From Octopus sinensis (Eukaryota), in the NCBI RefSeq assembly GCF_006345805.1, contig NC_043005.1:62000001-62064000 (forward strand): a DNA stretch of 64,000 nt. The letters run 5' to 3'. Below are positions 51,128 through 61,219 of this stretch, piece after piece (the stretch's first letter is position 1; each line of letters begins with the position of its first letter). The notes under the pieces are model-generated. The model saw only the letters and a list, made by a program, of their open reading frames with translations. It ran no database searches and was not told where the DNA came from. Position numbers and translations under genes: made by a program.

Positions 51128-51335
51128 GGCACGTGGCCTAGTGGTTAGGTTATTCAGCTTGTGACTGTAAGATTGTGAGTTTGATGGTCAGTGATGCGTT
51201 GTATCCTTGAGAAAAACACTTTACTTCACAATTCTCCAGTTCACTCAGCTGGCAAAAATGTGCTGTACCAGTATTTTAAAAAGCCAGCTTGTCACATTCT
51301 GTGTCATACCGAAGAATCTCTCTGAGAACTATGTT
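51128..51335 (+). mobile_element. SINE family B, partial
   Basis: GGCACGTGGCCTAGTGGTTAGG head and CORE-like body. Confidence 0.7.
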
Positions 51336-51479
51336 CGTGTGTGTGTCTTTGTGTTTGTCCTTTCCACACCACTTAACAACCAGTGTTGGTTTGTTTATGA
51401 CTCCTTTACTAAGTGATTTGGCAATAGAGACTAATAAAATAAGTACAAGACTTTAAAAGAATAAGTACTCAATTCTGTT

Positions 51480-51705
51480 GTGGTGGGCTGTGCCACATAA
51501 AAAGCATTGGTGTGGGTACTGGTACCACATCAAAAGCACCCAGTGCATTCTGTAAAGTGTTTTGCATTAGGAAGGGCATCCAGCCAGAGAAACCAAGTCA
51601 AAACAGACTATGGAACCTGGTGTAGTTCCTGACCTTGCCAGTTCCCTTCAAGCTGCCCAAACAATGCCAGCATGGGAAACGGATGTTCAATGTTGATGAT
51701 GATGA
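51480..51705 (+). mobile_element. Old RTE 3' end fragment
   Basis: AGGAAGGGCATCCAGCC motif and GATGATGAT tail. Confidence 0.7.
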
Positions 51706-52739
51706 AGTACTGGAGTTGGTTTGTTTGGCTAAAAACCATTGAAGACAGTGCTCCAGCAAGGCCACAGTTCAATAACTAATACAAGTAAAAGATGAAAGAT
51801 GAGTGAAGCAGAATTTGTACATATTCTTATGTTCCAAACTTTTGACAAAGTAAATGAAATACGTGGTACATTTTAAAATGGCTGTATTTTCGCTTTGTTT
51901 TGTCTTGTTGTTTCCAAACAATGGTCATGTTTTTGGTTTTGTTATGAGAATTCTTCCAGAGATTTGCTGCAAACAAAGTCTATCTAAAAATAGCACTAAA
52001 GAAAAATGAAACAAAAATAAATAGATTACTAGGAACATATGCTTAATTAATCCTCAACAGAACCTGATTTATCAATACGTAATAATTTCCAAACAGCATG
52101 ACTCAAGCTTAACAAATCTATAGAAAAATAAGCAATGTATATAGAAAATCAGTTGAAAATACTTCAGGAATGGATAAGAGTAGCTGCTCTTTGTTTATAT
52201 TTCATTACTGTTTGTTTTTTGTTTTTATGATTAATTCTAAAATATATATGAAAACGCAGCACATCTTCATTATGAAGAAACTTTAATAAAGGAGTTAATA
52301 TGTTATGATACATTGTATATGTATGTGTATACAGCATATGTATATACTGTATGTACATATGTGAACATGTGTGTGTTTGTGTGTGTGGTTACAGGAGATA
52401 AGGTTGGACAACTGCTGTGCTGACGATGGCTTTTGAACCAGAAATATGTGCTGATGACTTACCTCCAGACAATAAGTCTATCCTTTTCCTTGATGCCATG
52501 TAAACTTGGGAGAATTCTTGAATATGGATATTAACTCCACTTCATATAGTGGAGATGTTCATAATTGGCATTTGGTAATTATAATACATCCTCTAGATGT
52601 GGAGATTATTTTTTTTTTTAAATCAAGAACTTCTGTTGTAAGGTATTTGGTATACCTGTATTTGTCCATGTGTTCAAATATATGTCATGGCCCACTCTAA
52701 GTTATTATCACTCTAAGTGGAAAGAAACTCACGCATTCA

Positions 52740-53020
52740 AACCTGGATCACTGGCTCCAGAGGCGCAGGCCTACACAACTATGCCAATCTGGTGCTCGCT
52801 TGAATTGGGGCAAATTAAAGCTTTATGAATTTGGCCTTTGTTCTTCCTAGACCAGATCCAACTTGAGGCCTTCTCCACCGCTTCTCCCATGGCCTTCAGT
52901 ATTCTAGTCCTGCTTCTTCCAGAGATGGACAGCTGTTTCATGAGGCTGTAAGCAGATGAGCCTACAAATCCCCTGATGCCGACCTTGGCTGCGGAGACTT
53001 TGGTTTTGAATCCAGCATCC
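52740..53020 (-). mobile_element. HERO-like (RLE) non-LTR retrotransposon C-terminal fragment
   Basis: KVGIRGFVG...GEAVEKASSWIWSRK resembles the HERO C-terminal EVGCRGF...AERASxWLW motif. Confidence 0.65.
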
Positions 53021-54489
53021 CTCATATAAAAGCAAAAAAATCCCTTATCTTTTATCTTTTACTTGTTTCAGTCATTGGATTGCAGTCATGCTTTGGACCC
53101 TACCATCAAGGGTTCTGTCAAATAAATCAATGCCAGCACTTATTTTTTTAAAAACCTGGTACTTGTTCTATCAATCTTTCAGAACTGCTAAATTTAAAGG
53201 GATGTAAATAAACCAGCACTAGTTGGCAAGTATGGTGGTAAGGAACAAACACACACACACACCATCTGTAAGTGATACAGTAAAAGATATGCAAGACTTT
53301 CCTCAAATTTAAAATATGAATTTGCTTTTGTTATCCATATTCCAATGATGGAGCTTTGCATCTTTGTTAACCAGTTTCTTCCTCACAGGAAGATTTCAAA
53401 TAATTAAAAATAGATGAGAACATACAGGCATACATTCATGTATAATCCATCCATCCATCCATTTATCCATCCATCCATCCATCCATCCTGCCATTCCACA
53501 ATGCAAGTGTAAAATGGAGAGAATATTGGTTTTCTTGTAGAATAGTCACAACTGCTTTTATTCTTAGGATGAGAGAACTGGAAAGCTATGAAATCCATGA
53601 CATTTTCACTGGTACTAATGGCATAAATCGCTTTAGATGGAAATGGATCTTACCTTCTGCTATAAGACTCTCATCAAAAATTAAAAGAATACTACCAAGC
53701 AAATAAAGAATTTGCTGATTTTTCACAACATTACTCTTGTATTCTCTTTGTGAAGTTCATACATCCAAATACGTATGTGTTTGCACGCACACATGTGTGT
53801 GTGTATGTATGTGTGTGCATACAGTTATAGGTGCAAACGTAGTTGTGTAGTTAAAAGTTTGCTTCTTTACAGCAATGATTTGGTTTTAGCTTCAATGCAT
53901 GGCACTTTGGCTGAGTGTCGTTTTACTATAGCTCTGTGCTATGCTGCCCTGTTCCTTGTGAGGGTATTTGTTAGACTGAAGCTGCAAGCTTATTAAGTAC
54001 ACATGTGTAACCAAAATATTATTGCAAAAGGGAAAAATCAAATATAATGTGAAGTTTGAATGAAGATGATACATCGTAAAAATGAATGAGTGAAGAGCAA
54101 TTAGTTATGAAGATGGCCATTTATTTAGTTGGTTATAATTTTGTTACAGTATAAAATAAAAACGATGTTGTTGCATTGTTTGTTCATGTATATACATGAT
54201 GGTGGGTTGTTGCAGTAAAATTTTTTCAGATTCCATGGATTCTTTATGTGTGGGAGCTAGCTCAATTGTCAGTTGCTAGAGAGGAAAAAAAAAAAGAATG
54301 AGATTTGTATTATCAGGCATGGTTGCATGGTCAGTAGCTTGCTTACCAACCACATGGTTCCAGGTTCAGTCCCATTGTGTGGCACTTTGGGCAAGTGTCT
54401 TCACTATAGCTTTGGGCCAACCAAAGCCTTGTGAGTGGATTTGGTAGACAGAAACTAAAAGAAGCCCATCGTATATATATATATATATA

Positions 54490-55087
54490 ACTATAAACTA
54501 GGGTATCTGAGAGATACCACCATGCTGAAATAGCAGTCAAAACCCTGACCCTAAAGCCACTTTGAATGTTCATATAGCATTAGGAGAGAAAACAGAGACA
54601 AAATAAACTAGCAAAAAAAGATTTTTCTGGATAATTCAAGATCCTGTATTTCTGGCTTTGCCTCAGAGAAGCTCTGCCTTCTTCAGTTGAATATACCAGA
54701 TAAGCACATAAATACAGATATATATATATATACCATCCGAGCGTGGCCGTCCGCCAGCCTCGTCTAGCACCTGTGTCGGTGACACATAAGAAAACACCAT
54801 CCGAGCGTGGCCGTCTGCCAGCCTCGTCTGGCACCTGTGTCGGTGGCACATAAAAAACACCATCCGAGCGTGGCCGTCTGCCAGCCTCGTCTGGCACCTA
54901 TGTCGGTGGCACATAAAATCACCCACTACACTCTCGGAGTGGTTGGCGTTAGGAAGGGCATCCAGCTGTAGAAACACTGCCACATCTGACTGGCCTGGTG
55001 CAGCCTTCGGGCTTCCCAGACCCCAGTTGAACCGTCCAACCCATGCTAGCATGGAAAGCGGACGTTAAACGATGATGATGATGATGA

Positions 55088-55135
<48 letters not shown>

Positions 55136-55315
55136 CATACGTTATACTTACATATACGAATGCTCATACATACATATATATGCACGTATGTACAAGGGCA
55201 GCTTAAGTTGCCTGCCAAACAGCTCCAAAGTGCTAACATTTAAAGTGGCTTTAGGGTCAAGGTTTTGACTGCTATTTCAGCATAGTGGTATCTCTCAGAT
55301 ACCTTAATTTATAGT
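54490..55315. repeat. ~85-bp inverted repeats (54490-54580, 55222-55315)
   Basis: GGTATCTGAGAGATACCAC(C/T)ATGCTGAAATAGCAGTCAAAACC(C/T)TGACCCTAAAGCCACTTT occurs on opposite strands. Confidence 0.92.
54733..55090 (+). mobile_element. Young RTE 3' end with ~52-bp internal repeats
   Basis: CCATCCGAGCGTGGCCGTC...GGCACATAA repeated 3-4 times, then the conserved 3' end and (GAT)n. Confidence 0.9.
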
Positions 55316-55496
55316 TTTAAAAAAAATATTACCTTTGTATGGAATTTATTCCCATGTTGGCCACTTGATAAGATCGATATTTAAATATCGATATTATCCT
55401 TATTCATAAATTTATATATATATGTTTATATATATATAATTAATAGTAGGAAATATATTGTTTAATTATTATATCTTCATTTATTTTATATTATTT

Positions 55497-55601
55497 TTGA
55501 CCTGACGAGTGGCTATATATTTTTAAATCTTAATTTTAAATTGAATTAATATTAACTTTTAATATTATCGATTTATATAGTCATGAAATGCCCGTAGTCA
55601 A
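55497..55601 (+). ncRNA. Type I hammerhead ribozyme with long AT-rich loop 2
   Basis: TTGAC CTGACGA GTGGCTATATA...TATATAGTCAT GAAA TGCCCG TA GTCAA: 5-bp stem I, 11-bp stem II, GUA cleavage triplet at 55594-55596. Confidence 0.75.
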
Positions 55602-55721
55602 TTTAATGTTTATTTAATTTAGTGATTTTTAGAATGTTTATTATATATTTAAATTCTTTCTATATGATTTATTATAGATAATATCTTTCACTATCAATTG
55701 AATTACTTAGAGGTTTTGTCT

Positions 55722-55757
<36 letters not shown>

Positions 55758-55758
<1 letters not shown>

Positions 55759-56094
55759 TACAGAGATGTACTTGCATAGCGAGTGAGCTGATCTGAGATT
55801 GTGTGCTGAAGCAGTTACAGAGTGGAAGGTGTTTATAAGCCATTTAAAAACACACAAAAACTGTTAGATTCACTTCAACCTTTTAATTTAATTTGCCAAA
55901 ATATTTTCATCAGTTTGAGACCGCAATCTGATCACTGGCAAAATTCCGTACAGCATGGAATTTTGTCTAATCAGGATCTCGGTCTCAAAGCGACAAAAAT
56001 ATTTTGGCAAATTAAATTTAAATGTTGAAGTGAATCTAACAGTTTTTGTGTGTTTTTAAATGGCTTATTAACACCTTCCATGCTGCAATTGTTT
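55758..56094. mobile_element. Foldback / palindromic MITE-like element between microsatellites
   Basis: 55823-56080 is a ~258-bp near-perfect palindrome centred at ~55952. Confidence 0.85.
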
Positions 56095-56159
56095 GTGTGC
56101 GTGTGTGTGTGTGTGTGTGTATGTGTGTGTGTATATATATATATATATATAAATAAATA

Positions 56160-56878
56160 ATCTGTGTGTATATGTTTGTGTGTCTTTGTTTGTCCCCCCC
56201 ACCATCACTTGACAACTGATGTTGGTGTGTTTACATCCCCATAACTTAGCAGTTTGGCAAAAGGAGACCGGTAGAATAAGTACTAGGCTTACAGAGAATA
56301 AGTCCTGGGGTCAATTTGTTTGACTAAAGGCAGTGCTCCAGCATGGCTGCAGTCAAATGATAAAGCAAATAAAAGAATAAACAAAGTAAAAACTGAGTTG
56401 TCCCTCTTTTCCATTCAACTGAGATGTTTGTTGGGCAGATGGCAGTAACCAAAGTGGTCTGAACATAATCCCCTCTGAGTGTATATAAAGTTTGGCAACT
56501 AAAATCATGAAGTGCAGAGAGGAGAAAACAAAAGGCCAGAAATTTATTTGACAATCAATAAAGATGTAGACTCAGTTTCAAATCTCAGCTAGTCCCTAAA
56601 TATATATATATAAGGCCGACCAATGCCTTGTGAGTGGATTTGGTAGACGGAAACTGAAAGAAGCCTGTCGTATATATGTATATATATGTATATGTGTGTG
56701 TGTTTGTGTGTCTGTGTTTGTCCCCCTAGCATTGCTTGACAACCGATGCTGGTGTGTTTAGGTCCCCGTCACTTAGCGGTTCGGCAAAAAGAGACCGATA
56801 GAATAAGTACTAAAAGGTGGTGCTCCAGCATGGCCGCAGTCAAATGACTGAAACAAGTAAAAGAAAGAAAGAAAGAAA
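56160..56878 (+). mobile_element. SINE family A pieces (tail 56160-56385; partial head + tail 56612-56878)
   Basis: Direct match to 11491-11912. Confidence 0.8.
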
Positions 56879-57454
56879 TATGCTTGTGCATGCACATCAT
56901 CATTGTTTTAATACGTACTTTCCCATACCGGCTTGGGTCAAACAGTATTCATTAAGACAGACTTTCTATGATCAGATACCCCTCTTGTCACTAACCCATA
57001 CCTGTATCCAAATAAGGTGATGTTTCTCACATGACCAGATACATTTCCATGCAAGATTGGAAACACCACTTGTAAGGACAGTGTTACTTGCTTACAACTA
57101 TCACATGATGTTAAGGCAAAGAAACAGTCACATATGCACATATACATATGTACATACATACGTGCATACATACATACATATGTACATATGTACGTATGTA
57201 CATACATAATGCATGCATGCATACATGCCTACATATATACATACATCAGGTTTCTTTCAGTTTCTGTGTACAAATCTGCTCACAAGGTTTGGTCAGCCTA
57301 GGTCTATAGAAGAACATGCTTGTTCCAGGTGTCACACTGTGGGATTGAACCCTCAAAATGTTCAGTTTACTTCATAACATCATGGAAAAGCAAATGTAAA
57401 CATGATGATTACAATGATGATGATTTATATTTATTAAAACTCAAAAAGAATCAG

Positions 57455-57902
57455 GCCTGAGCTTGATAAGCCCTAGTCTAGATTAGCTCTCAGCTAGATC
57501 AGCTCTGAGCTTGGTCTGAGTTAAATGAACTTTGAACTAGATGAACTCTTAGCTACATCAGCTCTGAGCTAGATGTACCCTGGGCAATATTAGTGCTGAG
57601 CAATATCAAACCTGAGCTAGATCAGCCCTGAGCAATATCAGCCCTGAGCTAGATCAACCCTGAGCTAGATCAGCCCTGAGCTAGATCAGTCCTGAGCAAT
57701 ATCAACCCTGAGCTAGATCAGTCCTGAGCAATATCAACCCTGAGCAATATCAACCCTGAGCTAGATCAGCCCTGAGCTAGATCAGCCCTGAGCTAGTTCA
57801 ACCCTGAGTTAGATCAGCCTTGAGCTATATCAACCTCAAGCTAGATCAATCATGAGCTACATCAACCCTGAGCAAGATCACCGCTGAACTAGACCATCCT
57901 TG
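57455..57902. repeat. 16-bp minisatellite (TGAGCTAGATCAGCCC / TGAGCAATATCAACCC)
   Basis: About 28 units, homogeneous in the centre and degenerate at the edges. Confidence 0.93.
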
Positions 57903-58772
57903 AGACTTTCCAGATGAAACAGTTCTTTTTTCAGCCACAATTTATCTTGGACCACATCATACAAGACAATAATGATATGAAGGGAAATTGACCACTACTT
58001 TTAGAAATTTGAGACATCATGGGGGAGTTTACTTATTTGCTTTGATGTAAATAGTTACAAGCAGTCCCCAGCCTGAACCAAGTGAGTTACGAACTTGAAC
58101 TTAATACAGAGAAGCTACTGATACTTTGTTTTCAATTTTACAACAATCCTGATATTTATAGTGTTGAACAGTAATTAACTATAGTACCTGGTTATTAGTA
58201 ACCAGATGTGAATCACTAAATTGCTTGCAAATGTTCAGCTGGTGCTCTGTCAAGTTAGGTATCTGCAGCTCTTAGCAACTGGAAGACACTTGTTGACAAA
58301 CACACACATACACACAAATGCACATACATACAAAAAAAATAAGATAAAAAATGAAAAATAAAAGAATGCCTCATTACATTCAAATCATTTCCAATTGAAA
58401 TACATTAACAAGAATTTGGTAAAAGAATAAAGAAAAAAAAAGACAAAAGGGAAATACACTAATACAATTCCATTACTACTAAGAGTCTTAACATATGTCT
58501 AATGTAGATGTGACTTTGTTTTTAACGAATGCTTGACAACTGAAGAATATGGATTTTTCCCTTTAGACAGTGATAACCATGTTTTGGTCGCAAGGAAAAT
58601 GAAGCAACGAAACAAAAGAATGTTATTGATTACAAACTATTTCCTTTATGAAAATAAAATATTGTATAAAAGCAAACAAACAAACAAACAAAGAAAAAAA
58701 CTGGTAACATTTCATAAGGCACAGTATATTTTTTTATTTATTTGTTTATTTATTTATTTTTTATTTATTTGT

Positions 58773-58803
<31 letters not shown>

Positions 58804-58924
58804 TTACGATGGCTATTTTTGCACAGAAAGTGATTTAAATTTCTTCCTGTCCTTTCTCCATGTTATTACATGGAAACTAAATGAGAGACTAGAAAAGAAA
58901 GATGAGTTTCGTTAAACATCATTA

Positions 58925-58932
58925 CTACTACC

Positions 58933-58995
<63 letters not shown>
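58925..58995. repeat. (ACT)/(ACC)n microsatellite
   Basis: Seen directly. Confidence 0.93.
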
Positions 58996-58996
<1 letters not shown>

Positions 58997-60024
58997 TCTA
59001 TTTATTTTCCTATTTCAAATTCTGTGCATGGACAAGGAAAATTAGAATATGTTGATTCCAGATTGAATGAAGCTGAAAGAAATTCATCTTAGAAGAACAA
59101 TATTACAAAGTGCTGCAGCTAATGGAGTCCCAATGTATTATTATTGTTATGTTAGACTCAAGCCAAGATGATATCTATTTGAGAACACTATTCATGGTGA
59201 GATTCCTGCTATCACATGTCCAGCATACTTACAAAACGTTGTAAATCAATGTGATTAAGAATAATAGTCGCTAAAGCATTCCTTCAGGTCATTAACTGTA
59301 ACTAATCCATGTGAATGAGAAAAGTAACTTATTTAACAACTGTACTATAACAGAATATTGCTAGGGGGTGGGTGGGGGTGGGGGAGAAGAAGGGATGTGA
59401 ATGATCTCCATCATCATGTCTTATTAACTTCAGAGCATTAAGAAATTAGTTATGTGAACTGCAATTAAAGATGTATTGTCTCTTCTTTGCTGATTAACAC
59501 ATTACTCTGAGTAACAAACGGAAAGGGCATGTAAAAGGATTGTCCAAGCATAGAATTTGATTGTGAAGTTGGGGTCAAAATCATTTAGCATTTTCTATGA
59601 ATTTACAACATAGGAAATTTTGTTTGTAATTGCTTTTGTTTAATTCCAGGTTTACTCTGATTGATTAGAACTCTGACCAAAGATGTTCCAACTATGAACA
59701 CTTTATTTACAGACATAATATATCTGTGATTATGTTATATAGTGGGTACTTTGTTTTTAATTTAAGATAGTAGGGTGTCATTTGTGGAAGATTTGGCTGC
59801 TGCCTTTAATAGTTCTAATGACCACATAGAGGCTTCTTATCCAAGGAGCCACTGCAATGTGAACAGTAATGTTTATACTCAAAATATTGATTCTGCTATG
59901 AATTCAAAAGAGGTTAAATATCATCAAATATGTATTTGAGACACCCACCCACCCACACATACAATAACTAAGTTTGCACTGTTACTATGAGGTCCTAGTT
60001 TCAATTCTGCAGCTTAGCATAGTG

Positions 60025-60616
60025 GGAGTGGCTGTGTGGTAAGTAGCTTGCTTACAAACCACATGGTTCTGGGTTCAGTCCCACTGCGTGGTACCTTGAG
60101 CAAGTGTCTTCTACTATAGCCTCGGGCCAATCAAAGCCTTGTGAGTGGATTTGGTAGACGGAAACTGAAAGAAGACCATCGTGTGTATATATATATATAT
60201 ACACACAAGATAAGAAAATGGAGAAATACATCTAAATCAAATATCAATTACCAAATAATACTCAATCACATACTTTATTAAACCACCACATAAGAGACTG
60301 TAGGGTTAAACATAAAAAAGCAGAACAAATCAGCGTACATAAAGGAATGTACATAAAAAAGTGTACATAAAAGAATAATGTTGTATAATAAATAGAATAT
60401 ATATAAAAAAGAGAATATAAATATAAGTAATTATAAATATAAGTATAGTAATTTGTGGTAAATCATTTTACCTTTGCCCATATAATACAGTAAATGAATT
60501 GATTGCATCGCAATCCTTAACATTTATGTATTAACTTTGTTGGGTACTTCACTAGCAGTATATTGGATATATGTTATCCCATGGAGGGTTGCATTTACAA
60601 CCCCTATCTCAGTTTG

Positions 60617-60654
<38 letters not shown>

Positions 60655-60863
60655 AGTATATGTTTGTATGTCTGTGTTTGTCACCCCAACATCGCTTGAC
60701 AACCGATGCTGGTGTGTTTACATCCCCATAACTTAGTGGTTCGGCAAAAGAGTCTGATAGAATAAGTACTCGGCTTACAAAGAATAAGTCATGGGGTTGA
60801 TTTACTCGACTAAAGGCGGTGCTTCAGCATGGCCACAATCAAATGACTGAAACAAGTAAAAGA
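60025..60863 (+). mobile_element. SINE family A with a ~430-bp AT-rich insertion in its microsatellite
   Basis: Head 60025-60185, tail 60655-60863, unrelated DNA between. Confidence 0.75.
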
Positions 60864-61219
60864 GCATCATGGGCAAGTGTTATTTCTTGTAACCACAGGT
60901 TTTTCTCTTACCTTGTGGTAAGATGAAAATTGTGTAGAAGTCTGTTGTATGGATTGTATCTGTAATTCAAAGATCCAACCCAGTCACACTGTATCGTGCT
61001 GATTCCTTCTGAAAATTAAACTAAGATTACATGTGTTTGTGGAATACTCACCAACACACATGCTACTTGAACTGACATCATTGTATAGTTTATTGAATAA
61101 TTGAGCACTTATGGTTAGAAATTCAAACTGAGATCACACTATGGTGCAACACCATCAAGGTCATTACATGGTTTAAGGCAAATAGGGTAAGGGTAGAGCT
61201 TATCTTACCCAAATTTGAT

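Noticed and set aside
55900-56000. Hammerhead in the centre of the 258-bp palindrome
   Set aside because: CTGAT-like words are explained by decay of a symmetric palindrome; there is no correctly placed GAAA.
60565-60615. Minus-strand CTGAGAT + GGGGTTG/CAACCCT hairpin
   Set aside because: The core is incomplete and there is no GAAA.
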